DNA of 63,164 nucleotides, filler included, from Octopus bimaculoides (lineage: Eukaryota): the NCBI RefSeq assembly GCF_001194135.2. It is 7 parts of 6 records of this genome, joined end to end, with 100 filler letters (N's around TTAATTAATTAA, not from the genome) between each part and the next. Parts side by side here need not be neighbours in the genome. Positions count along the whole stretch, not along the records: positions 1 to 18,971 come from NC_069005.1; positions 19,072 to 33,735 come from NC_069004.1; 5 more parts are not named here. One strand, 5' to 3'. The notes beneath the pieces are model-generated. The model was not told the DNA's origin. It did no database searches and worked only from the letters and a program-made list of their open reading frames with translations. Position numbers and translations under genes: made by a program. Each line of letters starts with the position of its first letter. Position 1 is the first letter of the stretch. Shown here piece after piece: positions 12,266 to 24,634 of the stretch.

Positions 12266-15200
12266 TTACGTACGGACGTATGTACGCTCGTTCCTTCGTT
12301 CGTTTGTTTTTTCTTTCGTTCATACGCACGTACGTTCGTTCGTTCGTTCCTACGTACATACGTACTTTCGTTCGTTCGTATGTATATATACCTACATTTG
12401 TTCGTTAAATCGTTTGTTCTATCTTTCGATCCTTCTTTCGTACTTTGATTCTTTCGTTTATTCGTTCGTACGTATGTTATTTCATTCGTTCGTTCGTTCA
12501 TTCGTGCGTACGTACATAAGTAAGTAAGTACGTACGTTCGTTCGTTCGTTCGTTCNNNNNNNNNNNNNNNNNNNNNNNNNNNNNNNNNNNNNNNNNNNNN
12601 NNNNNNNNNNNNNNNNNNNNNNNNNNNNNNNNNNNNNNNNNNNNNNNNNNNNNNNNNNNNNNNNNNNNNNNNNNNNNNNNNNNNNNNNNNNNNNNNNNNN
12701 NNNNNNNNNNNNNNNNNNNNNNNNNNNNNNNNNNNNNNNNNNNNNNNNNNNNNNNNNNNNNNNNNNNNNNNNNNNNNNNNNNNNNNNNNNNNNNNNNNNN
12801 NNNNNNNNNNNNNNNNNNNNNNNNNNNNNNNNNNNNNNNNNNNNNNNNNNNNNNNNGTACGAACTTTCGTTCGTTTGTTCGTTCGTTCATTAGTTAGTTC
12901 GGTCGTTCCTTCGTTCGTACCTACGTATGTACGTACTTATGTATGTACGTCCGTACGTCCGTTCGTTCCTTTGTTTGTTCGTACTTACGTACGTTCGCTC
13001 GTCCATCCGTTCGTTCGTACGTACGTACGTATGTACGTTCGTTCGTTCGTTCGTTCGTACGTACGTACTTTTGTATGTACGTACGTACGTTCGTTCGTTC
13101 CTTTGTTTGTTCGCTCGTCCATCCGTTCGTTCGTTCGTACGTACGTAATTACGTTCGTTCGTTCGATCGTTCGTTTGTTGGATCGTTTGTTCGTACTTAC
13201 GTACTACGTACGTACGTTCCTTCGTTCGTTCCTACTTACGTACATACGTAGGTACGTACGTAAGTACGAACGAACGAACTAACGAACGAAAGTTCGCAAA
13301 TACGTACGTAGTAACGAACGAATGAAGGAACGAACGAACGAACGAACGTACGTATGTGTGAATCAACGAACGAACGAAGGAAGAAAGAATTAACGAACGA
13401 ATGAATGAACGAAAGAAGGAATGAACGATAGAACAAACGATTTAACGAACAATCGTAGGTACATACGTACGAATGAATGAACAACCGTACGTACGAAGGA
13501 AGAAACGAACGAATGAACGTACATACGTAGGTATGTACGAACGAACAAAAGATCGAACAAAACAACGAACGAACGTACGTACGTACGTAGTACGTACATT
13601 AGAATGAACGAACAAACGAACGAACGAACAAACGATCGAACGAACAAACGAACGAACGAAAAAACGAACGAACAAACGAACGACCGAACGAACAAACGAA
13701 CGAACGTACGCACTTGCGAACGAAAGTAAGATCGAACAAACAAACAAACGAAGGTACGATCGAACGAACTAACGTACGTACATACATCCGTTCGTAGGAA
13801 CGACCGAACGAGCGAACGAATGTACGTACGTACGAACGAATGAACTAGCCCATGTACGTACGTACGTACGAACGACTAAACGAACGAAATTAAGGAACAA
13901 ACGGACGTACATTGTACGAATAAACTAACGTACGTATGTATGAACGTTCGAACGAAAGAACGAACGTACGTACGAACAAACGACTGAGCAAATGAACGAA
14001 CGAACAACGAACGAACGAACATACGGAATAACGAACGAACGTACGTACGGATGTACGTTCGCAAGTACCTACGTACGAAAGAATGAAAGAACGTACGTAA
14101 AAACGAACGACGAACGAACGAACGTACGTTCGTACGTAAGTACAAACGAACTAACGTTCGAACAAACAAAAGACAGAAAGAATGATGGAAAGAACGAACG
14201 TAAGTATGTACGTAGGTACGATCGAACGAACGAACGAAAAAACGAACTAACGAATGAACGTACGTACTTACGAATGAACGACCGTAATTACGTACGTACG
14301 AACGAACGGATGGACGAGCGAACGTACGTACGTACGAACAAACAAAGGAACGAACGGACGTACGGACGTACATACATAAGTACGTACGTACGTACGTACC
14401 AACGAAGGAACGAACGAACTATCTAATGAACGAACGAACAAACGAACGAAAGTTCGTACATACGTACGTAGTAACGAACGAACGAATGAACGAACGAACG
14501 TACGTACGTATGAATCAACGAAAGAACAAATGAAGAACGTACTTACGCACGTACGAACGAACGAACGAATGAATGAATGAACGAATGAACGAAAGAAGGA
14601 ACGAACGATAGAACAAACGATCTAACGAGCAGTCGTAGGTACATACGTAAGAACGAACGAACAACCATACATACGAAGGAACAAACGAAGGAATGAACAT
14701 ATGTACGTACGTAGGAACGAACGAACGATTGATCGAACGAACGCACAAACGAACAAACGAAAGAAGGAACGAACGATGGAACGAAGGAACAAAAGAACGA
14801 TCGAAAGTACGTAGGTACGTACGATCAAACGAACGAACGAACGAACGAAAGAACTAACGAACGACCGAACGAAAGAACGTACGTGTATACGTACGAAGAA
14901 ACGAAACAACGAACAAACGAAGGTACGTTTATACGTACGTTCATACGTAAGAATGAAGGAATGAACAAATGTAAGTACGTACGACTGAACGAACGTACGT
15001 ACGACCGAACGAACGTACGTACGTAAGAACTAACATGCGTACGTATGTACGAACGAACGACCAAACGATCGAAGGAACGAACGAAAGAACGAACGATCGT
15101 ACGTACATACGAACGAACGAATGTACGTACGTACGTACTAATGACCGAACGAACGAAAGAACGAACGTACGTACGAACAAACGACTGAGCAAATGAACGA

Positions 15201-18200
15201 ACGAACAACGAACGAACGAACATACGGAATAACGAACGAACGTACGTACGGATGTACGTTCGCAAGTACCTACGTACGAAAGAATGAAAGAACGTACGTA
15301 AAAACGAACGACGAACGAACGAACGTACGTTCGTACGTAAGTACAAACGAACTAACGATCGAACAAACAAAAGACAGAAAGAATGAAGGAACGAACGAAC
15401 GTAAGTATGTACGTAGGTACGAACGAAAGAACGAATGAACAATCGAAGAAACGAATGTACGTACGAAAGAACGAACGATCGAAAGATCGAACGTACGTAT
15501 GAGGGAACGGAATCATATACATACGTCCGTACGTACGAAAGAACGAACGAACGTACGTACGTATGTACGAACGAACGATAGTACGTATGTACGTATGAAG
15601 GAACGAATGAACGAAGAAACGAAATGAATGAACGAGCGAAAGTGCGAATGTACGAACGTACGAAGGAACTAACGATTGAATGTACATACGCACGTACGTA
15701 CGTACGAACGAACGAATGAAAGAACATACGTACGTAATTACGTACGTACGAACGAACGAACGAACGGATGGATGAGCGAACGTACGTACGTACGAAAAAA
15801 CAAAGGAACGAACGAACGTACGTACGTACGAACGAGCGTACGAACGAACGTACATACATACGTACGTACGAACGAACGAACGAAAGAACTAATGAACGAA
15901 CGAACTAACGAACGAAAGTTCGCAAATACGTACGTAGTAACGAACGAACGAACGTACGTATGTATGAATCAACGAACGAACGAACGAAGACAGAATTAAC
16001 GAACGAATGAATGAACGAAGGAAGGAACGAACGACAGAACAAACGATTTAACGAACATTCGTAGGTACATACGTACGAATGAATGAACAACCGTACGTAC
16101 GAAGGAAGAAACGAACGAATGAACGTACGGATGTACGTACGTAGGAACGAACGAACGATTGATCGAACGAACGAACAAACGAAAGTAGGAACGAACGATG
16201 GAACGAACGAAGGAACAAAAGAACGAACGAAGGAACAAAAGAACGAACGAAAGTACGTAGGTACGTACGAACAAACGAACGAACGATCAAACGAACGAAT
16301 GAACGAAAGAAAGAACGTACGTACGTAATTACGTTCCTTCGTTCCTACTTTTGGACGTACGTATGTTCTTTCTTTTGTTCGTTCGTTCGATCGTTCGTTC
16401 ACTCGATCTTTTGTTCGTTTGTTCGATCGTTCGTTCGTTCGCTCGTACGTACCTTCGTTCGTTCGTTCGTTCGTTCGTACGTAGCTACGTACGTACTTTC
16501 GTTCGTCCTGTTGTTCCTTCGAACGTACGTCAGTACTAACAAACGAACGTAATTACGTTCGTACGTACGAACGAATGAATGAACGAACGATCGAACGAAC
16601 GAACGAATGAAAGAACGTATGTACGTACGATAGAATGAACGAAAGAATCATAGAACGAAAGAATCATAGAACGAAAGAAGGACCGAACGATAGAACAAAC
16701 GATTTAACGAACAAATGTAGGTACATACGTACGAACGAATGAAAGTTTGAACGAACGAAAGTACGTATGTAAGTACGAACGAAAGATCGAACGAACGTAC
16801 GTTCGTACGAACGAAAGAAAGAACAAACGAACGAAAGATCGGAATGAAGAAAGGACGAACGTACATACGTACGTTTATACGTACGAACGAAAGAACTTAT
16901 GTTCGAACGAACAGACGAACGAAAGAACGATCGAACGAAAGAATTAACGAACAAACGTTCGTACGAACGAACGGAAGAACGTACATACGTTTGTAAGAAT
17001 GAACGAACGAACGACCGAACGATCGAAAGAACGAACGAATGAACGAAGCAACGAACAAAAGGTGGTACGTCTGTACGTACGTTAATACGAAAGAAGGAAC
17101 GAACGTAGGAACGTAAGTACCTACGAACGATAGAACGTACGTACGTACGTACATAAGTACGTACGAGTGAACGAACGATCGTAGGTAAGTACTACCTAAG
17201 TAAGTATGCACGAATGAACAAACGAACGTACGTACCTACGAACGAACGAACGAACGAACTAACGAAAAAATGAACCAACAAATTAACAAACAAACGTACG
17301 TACGTACGATCGAGCGAACGAAGGAACGTGCGTACATACGTCCGTACGCACAAGCGAACAAAAGAACGAATGTCCGAACGTACGTACGTACGAACGAACA
17401 AAAGAACGAACGAATAAAAGAATGAACGAACGTACGTACGTACGTAGTACGTACATTAGAATGAACAAACAAAGAAACGACCGAACGTACGCACTTGCGA
17501 ACGAAAGAAAGATCGAACGAAGAAACAAGTGAACATACGTACGAACGAACGAACGTACGTACATACATCCGTACGTAGGTACGATAGAACGAGCGAACGA
17601 ATGTACGTACGTACGAACGAATGAACGAACAAACGTACATAGTACGAATAAACGAACGTACTTATGTACGAACGTTCGAACGAAGGAATGTACGTACGTA
17701 CAATCGATCGAACGAACGAACGAAAAAACGAACTAACGAATGAACGTATGTACTTACGAATGAACGAACGAATGAACGAATGTACGTAAGTAGGAACGAA
17801 CGAAGGTAGGTAGGTACGTAGTACGAATAAACGAACGTACGTATGTACGAATGTTTGAACGAACCAATGTACGTACGTACAATCGAACGAACGAACGAAC
17901 GACCGAACGATCGAAGGAACGAACGAAACAACGAACGTACGTACGTCCGCACAAACGATCGTATGTACGTACGTACATACGAACTAACGAACGAACGTAC
18001 GTACTTACGTACGAACGTACATACATACGTACGTACGTACTTATGTACGTACGTTCGTACTTACGTAAGAACGTACAAAAGAACGTACATAAGAAGGAAC
18101 GAACTAGCGAAAGCACGAACGAACGAAAGAACTAACGAACGACCGAAAGAAAGAAAGTACGTGTGGAAGTACGAAGAAACGAACGAACGAAAAAACGAAA

Positions 18201-18971
18201 CAACGAACAAACGAAGGTACGTTTGTACGTACGTTCATACGTAAGAATGAAGGAATGAACGAACGTACGTAGGTAAGTACGGACGAACGAAAGTTCGTAC
18301 GCACGTAAGTACGTAAGTACGAACAAACGAACGAACGAACAAACGTAATTACGTACGTACAAACGAACGAACGAACGAAAGAACGAACGGATAGACGAGC
18401 GAACGTATGAACGTACGTACGAACAAACGGACGAAAGAACTAATGAACGAACGAACTAACGAACGAAAGTTCGCAAATACGTACGTAGTAACGAACAAAC
18501 GAACGAACGAACGAACGTACGTACGTATGCATGAATCAACGAACGAAGGAACGAAGAAAGAAATAACGAACGAATGAATGAACGAAAGAAGGAATGAACG
18601 ATAGAACAAACGATTTAACGAACAATCGTAGGTACATACGTACGAATGAATGAACAACCGTACGTACGAAGGAAGAAACGAACGAATGAATGTACGTACG
18701 TAGGTATGCACGAACGAACGTACGTACGTACGTATTACGTACATTAGAATTAACGAACGAACGAACAAACGAACGAACGAACAAACAAACCAACAAAAGA
18801 AGGAACGAACAAACGAACGAACGTACGCACTTGCGAACGAAAGAAAGATCGAACAAACAAACAAACGAAGGTACGATCGAACGAACTAACGTACGTACAT
18901 ACATCCGTTCGTAGGAACAAACGAACGAGCGAACGAACGAACGTACGCACTTGCGAACGAAAGAAAGATCG
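12266..18971. repeat. CpG-dense tetramer satellite (ACGA/ACGT mosaic) with inversions and higher-order blocks
   Basis: Continuous 4-nt-register array: TTCG polarity 12266-~13250, CGAA to ~16328, TTCG ~16329-16520, CGAA to the gap at 18972. Confidence 0.97.
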
Positions 18972-19369
18972 NNNNNNNNNNNNNNNNNNNNNNNNNNNNN
19001 NNNNNNNNNNNNNNNTTAATTAATTAANNNNNNNNNNNNNNNNNNNNNNNNNNNNNNNNNNNNNNNNNNNNACACGAAATGACAGAAACAGTATAATGAA
19101 ATTGCTGTGGAAGTGGAATACCCAACATCTTGGACAGAGTCCTTGTTCAAGATAAAGTTGACAGGATGAATATTATAGAAAGAAACTAGAATTTTACATC
19201 CTCTATGACAAATTGGCAGCGACGAGAGAAGACTGTAAGATGTGCACATCATTATGTAGTCAGGAAGTAGCAGGAGAGAGAAACTTGGTGAGGGAGGGAA
19301 AAGGAAAACAATTGAATTGAAAGGAGAGCTGAAGGGTAAGAGAGATATTACTGAACTAAGAGGAGATCA

Positions 19370-19851
19370 TCATCATCATCATCATTGTTTAACGTCCGCT
19401 TTCCATGCTACTAGCATGGGTTGGACGACTTGACTGAGGACTGGTGAAACTGGCTGGCAACACCAGGCTCCAATCTAAATTTGGCAGAGTTTCTGCAGCT
19501 GGATGCCCTTCCTAACGCCAACCACTCAGAGAGTGTAGTAGGTGCTTTTACGTGTCACCTGCACGAAAGCCAGTCAGGCGATACTGGCAAAGGTCATGCT
19601 CAAAATGGTGCATCTCATGTGCCACCCGCACAAGAGCCAGTCCAGGGGCACTGGCAACGATCTTACTTGGCTTGCCTGGTCTTCTCATGCACAGCACATT
19701 TCCAAAGGTCTCGGTCAGTAGTCATCGCCTCGGTGAGGCCCAATGTACGAAGGTCTTGCCTCACCACCTCAGCCCAGGTCTTCCTGGGCCTACCTCTTCC
19801 ACGGGTTCCCTCAACTGTTAGGGTGTGGCACTTTTTCACGCAGCTATCCTC
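19370..19851 (-). mobile_element. RTE LINE 3' end: ORF tail (19663-19851) plus 3' UTR plus (ATG)n tail
   Basis: Minus frame EDSCVKKCHTLTVEGTRGRGRPRKTWAEVVRQDLRTLGLTEAMTTDRDLWKCAVHEKTRQAK*; identifies the parent of the recurrent catcatcgtttaacgtccgc repeat. Confidence 0.9.
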
Positions 19852-21164
19852 GAAGAAAAATCATTCACTTAAAACTGTCAGTGACATGGCACCAAGTCCA
19901 AATACTAAAGATTGTTCGTTCTCTTTCCTTGAGTATGTGGATCCATGATGTGTACAGATGCTGCACACAAATATAAGTGGGTAATGAAATGATCTGTTGT
20001 ATTAAGTGGGTGGTGACAGGTTGGCCAGCCAACAACACCCTGTTTCCCCAATATGAAAAGAGCACTGCAAAGTTTGCAGACGATGCAGTATATGAAGTTG
20101 GAAGATATACAACAGAAGCCTTGGATAATCCGGTACTGAAGTGTAATGCTAGTAATTTCTGAAGTGTTGTTAGTGTAGTGGCAAGTGTTGCAGTGTCAGC
20201 AAGTACACTTAAAAGTGCTTGGACACTAAGGAGCATCAAATTAGGAGGTGAAGGAGAGAAGAGGGTATGTGGGGAATATTGAAACAGTTGTGGGGGTCAA
20301 AAAGTAGAATTCAAAGGTTGCAGATGAGTGTGTTTCAATCAAACAATGGACAGGACAGGTGGAAGGTGGGAGAGACTGAATCTGGTCTGTAGAGAGGGTA
20401 GAAGAGTGGTGGCACGGTCAATGGCCTGTGGCCCAGTGAGGTGCAGGGGCCACAACTGATTGAGGATATCTTGATTTAGTCAGAAATGTTGCATTCTCTC
20501 ACATTAGGAATTGATATACGAGTCAATGCTGCAGAACCAGTGAAGCCAAAAGAATTGAGAGAATGGTTTGGTAGATTTAATGTGTCTGAGGTGAGAGAGA
20601 GAGAGCAGCGGAGATAAGAGTCGGAATGATATTTCAACTTGCATCGCATTATTGAAGAGGTAAAGTGCATACTTTTCCTTCTACTCTTACACATCCTCTT
20701 AGTTCAATAATTCTTCTTTCATCTTTCAGCTCCCTCTCTCAACTTATTTTCCCCTCTACCTCACACTCACTCACTCACTCCTTTTTCTTTCCATCTTCCT
20801 CGCTCACCCAGTACCCCTCTCCCATTACTCCCTGTCTATATATGCAAGCTCACACAATCTTCTGATCCCATCAGTTGCAACCAGTTTCTCAACCATTAGA
20901 GAATCTAAAACTCTGATGTCTTTCTTTTATTTTCTTCCTGTTAACTTTACCCCCCAAAAAGGACTGAGCAAAACATTGGGTACTCCACTCCCCATGGCAA
21001 TTTCACTGGTCTCATTTTGTTGCATTTTTCTTTTACCTGTATATTATACATATACACGAGCATATACCTATAAAGATACATACATACATACATATACCCA
21101 TATACATACATATACCCATATACATACATATACCCATATACAGAGCAATAACTTCTTATTGTAG

Positions 21165-21661
21165 CAGTATTATAAATCGTAATTCATTCCCAGAAAAATA
21201 TTTTACCTATAAAATGTATAATACTCATAAATAAATGGCAATAAAACAACAGTAGAATGTAAAGAATATTTTATGTGAAGTAAAAAGAATGTCAAGATCA
21301 TTTATAATAAAAAATATTATTATAATCATTTTCTGAATCACTTTCACTCACACTAGACTCGCATGCACCATCACTTGTAGATGTGATTGCCAATTCATAA
21401 GCACTCATAGACGGACTTGTAGATTTCTTTTTAAAAAAGAAGTCTTAGACTTGTTTGCTTAGAAGTTTTTTACGCTTTCTATAAATTTCTCTCTAACACA
21501 CAGATGCATTTGTTATGGTAGTGGAAACCTTTGCACTTTGTTCAAAATTTAGGTCTTGTGCTTGAAAAATTTCAGCTCACCATACAAAAGTAAATTGAAA
21601 CATAAAACTCGTTAACCGGGGGTCTTGTAAAGCAGATCCTTGTAAAGTGAGGTATTACTGT
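21165..21661. mobile_element. Possible Tigger/pogo-type non-autonomous remnant
   Basis: Right end ...gtaaagtgaggtattactg|ta resembles a Tigger-type TIR; no matching left TIR found, so the left boundary is a guess. Confidence 0.35.
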
Positions 21662-21788
21662 ACTTATATAAAAAATGTTCAGGATTCAAGCGAATCAGGT
21701 ACTTAAATAGTAAAGCACAAAGATCAGGTTGGTGATAATGCTATCATCTACAAACAGTATTTAAGGTCAAATATGTACTTACTCAAGA

Positions 21789-22445
21789 AGTGATTCTTAA
21801 CCTGGGTTCGTTGAGTCAGTCTTAGGGGTTCGGCTGGGGTCAAGACACACACAATATAGCCTGGTTCACACAAGCAATGTTGGGCTGTTTTTGTTGGCCA
21901 TCAAAAAAAATCACTGCCAACAATTTGGCAACACAATTTTTCTTCACCATGTTAAATTACAAACATTGGCTTTGATATCTGTGCTGAAGGGAATTTGGTG
22001 CACTCAGTAGTCGACTTGTGGCTGCTGTGATTTTCTATTAATCTTCCAAATCCTTCATACTATGGCGATCAAAAACAGGAAGTGGTTGGATGAGTACTTA
22101 CAATATGGATTCACGAGTATAAAGGAATGTGATGGGAGTCAGTGTCCTCAATACATGATTTGCAATGCCAAGTTGAGCAATTCTAGTCTAGCACTGGCAA
22201 AACTAAGGGAACACTTCCTAAAGCTGCATGGAGATGGGAAATACAAGAACACAATGCTCACTGAATTCAAGGTGAAGAGAGCCAGGTTCGATGAAAAGGC
22301 TGCTCTGCATGTTCTTGGCTTTGCATCCATCGACAAACTGAGTTTCACAGCATTGTATGAAGTTGTGTATCTGATCACAAAGCAGGGCAAACCACACACC
22401 ACCGGTGAAACACTTGTAAAACCAGTTGCATTGAAGATGCTGCTG
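21789..22445 (+). mobile_element. hAT (Buster/Charlie, ZBED5/SCAND3-like) transposon 5' fragment
   Basis: ORF MAIKNRKWLDEYLQYGFT...PQYMICNAKLSNSSL..AKLREH..KLH...YEVVYLITKQGKPHTTGETLVKP; TIR-like agtgattcttaacctgggttcg upstream; truncated by (TA)n. Confidence 0.88.
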
Positions 22446-22446
22446 A

Positions 22447-22447
<1 letters not shown>

Positions 22448-22498
<51 letters not shown>

Positions 22499-23184
22499 GC
22501 ACAGTGATAGAGACACACACCTACTTACACACAAACACACACACCCATATATACGCGGATGCCTACATACACAGCCACATACATATATACACACACACAA
22601 TAAAACACACATACCTGGCACACATCTTTACGCTCTCACACACACATACGCACGCACACACACATACACACACGTACACACACATACACACACGTACACA
22701 CATACACACACCTCACATACACATACACCTCTCACATACACAACACACAAACACGCATACAACTACACACCACAAGGGGCATAAATGACACACGCACGTA
22801 CGTAAGCAAACACATGCACACACATCCACATACACCCATACACACGCACCCCCTCCACACACCGGCACAAACGAACCCACATATACACACATACAAATGA
22901 ACCCGCACATAACTCCTACACATACACAACACGCACTCACACACACACACACACACCCAAGTATACATACATACACACACGCACACATACACACACATGT
23001 AGAAACGAACTCACTTACACACACATGCAAATGAACCTACACACACACACACACCCAGGTGCACATACATGTACACACACGCAAATGAACCCACACATAC
23101 ACACACAACAAACAGTGACACATACACGAACACATACTACGCATATACACGCACACACACACACACACACGAAATAACCCACGT
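22448..23184. repeat. (TA)n then degenerate (CA)n compound array
   Basis: Seen directly. Confidence 0.92.
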
Positions 23185-23796
23185 NNNNNNNNNNNNNNNN
23201 NNNNNNNNNNNNNNNNNNNNNNNNNNNNNNNNNNNNNNNNNNNNNNNNNNNNNNNNNNNNNNNNNNNNNNNNNNNNNNNNNNNNNNNNNNNNNNNNNNNN
23301 NNNNNNNNNNNNNNNNNNNNNNNNNNNNNNNNNNNNNNNNNNNNNNNNNNNNNNNNNNNNNNNNNNNNNNNNNNNNNNNNNNNNNNNNNNNNNNNNNNNN
23401 NNNNNNNNNNNNNNNNNNNNNNNNNNNNNNNNNNNNNNNNNNNNNNNNNNNNNNNNNNNNNNNNNNNNNNNNNNNNNNNNNNNNNNNNNNNNNNNNNNNN
23501 NNNNNNNNNNNNNNNNNNNNNNNNNNNNNNNNNNNNNNNNNNNNNNNNNNNNNNNNNNNNNNNNNNNNNNNNNNNNNNNNNNNNNNNNNNNNNNNNNNNN
23601 NNNNNNNNNNNNNNNNNNNNNNNNNNNNNNNNNNNNNNNNNNNNNNNNNNNNNNNNNNNNNNNNNNNNNNNNNNNNNNNNNNNNNNNNNNNNNNNNNNNN
23701 NNNNNNNNNNNNNNNNNNNNNNNNNNNNNNNNNNNNNNNNNNNNNNNNNNNNNNNNNNNNNNNNNNNNNNNNNNNNNNNNNNNNNNNNNNNNNNNN

Positions 23797-23985
23797 CAAA
23801 CACATACATATACATATATACGACGGGCTTCTTTCAGTTTCCATCTACCAAATCCACTCACAAGGCTTTGGTCGGCCCGAGGCTATAGTAGAAGACACTT
23901 GCCCAAGATGCCACGCAGTGGGACTGAACCCGGGACCATGTGGTTGGTAAGCAAACTACTTACCACACAGCCACTCCTACGCCTA
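23797..23985 (-). mobile_element. SINE (major family)
   Basis: gacgggcttctttcagtttcc...gaagacacttgcccaag...gggactgaacccggg. Confidence 0.8.
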
Positions 23986-24414
23986 TATATATGATACATA
24001 GAGAAGATAGTCAGAGGTATAACAACAGTATGATCAATCCTGGGTTGTTGTACTCACCAAATTTATCTCTTGCTGGTTGAAGGTCTGTGTATACTCCAAT
24101 GGCTCTCAGAATATCTGGTTTGGTTATGTCAGGGTATTTATACTGGAAATGTAAGAAACAAAGTAGCACTTTAATATTATTCTACACACATAAACAAAAT
24201 ATTGTTAGGTTGCTTTTGAGAACTACTAGTAACATGTAACCCAGTACAGCCTGTTGCATGTTTGGGTTATCAGCAACTAAACTGGTAACCCCACCGGGTT
24301 TGCTTGGTGAGGAGGGTGATTGTTGAACTGGGTGAAAAACAAGACCTGTCAAAGAATGGAAGAACTCATGAGTAGTCAATGGCCATTCAACAATAAGTAC
24401 ATATGCGTGTGTAT

Positions 24415-24634
24415 CATCATCATCATCATCATCCTTTAACGTCCGCTTTCCATGCTAGCATGGGTTGGACGATTTGACTGAGGACTGGTGAAACCGGATG
24501 GCAACACCAGGCTCCAATTTAATTTGGCAGAGTTTCTACAGCTGGATGCCCTTCCTAACACCAACCACTCAGAGTGTAGTGGGTGCTTTTACGTGTCACC
24601 CGCACGAAAACGGCCACGCTCGAAATGGTGTCTT
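24415..24634 (-). mobile_element. RTE 3' UTR copy (repeated at 25489-25633 across a gap)
   Basis: (CAT)n plus ctttaacgtccgctttccatgctagcatgggttggacg. Confidence 0.85.

Noticed and set aside
11643-12448. YV/YI/HT-rich ORFs here and at 22.5-23.2, 34.4, 46.7, 52.7, 61.0 and 62.6 kb
   Set aside because: Microsatellite translations.
12266-18971. Dozens of long RSFV/TNER ORFs; CRISPR-like appearance
   Set aside because: Translations of a tetramer array that happens to lack stops; no unique spacers and no cas genes.
19016-19027. TTAATTAATTAA motif, recurring at 33780, 37014, 41586, 57609 and 60959
   Set aside because: Always embedded in N runs making a ~100-nt spacer (44+12+44 at the first site) and gives stops in all six frames: an assembly gap marker, not biology.
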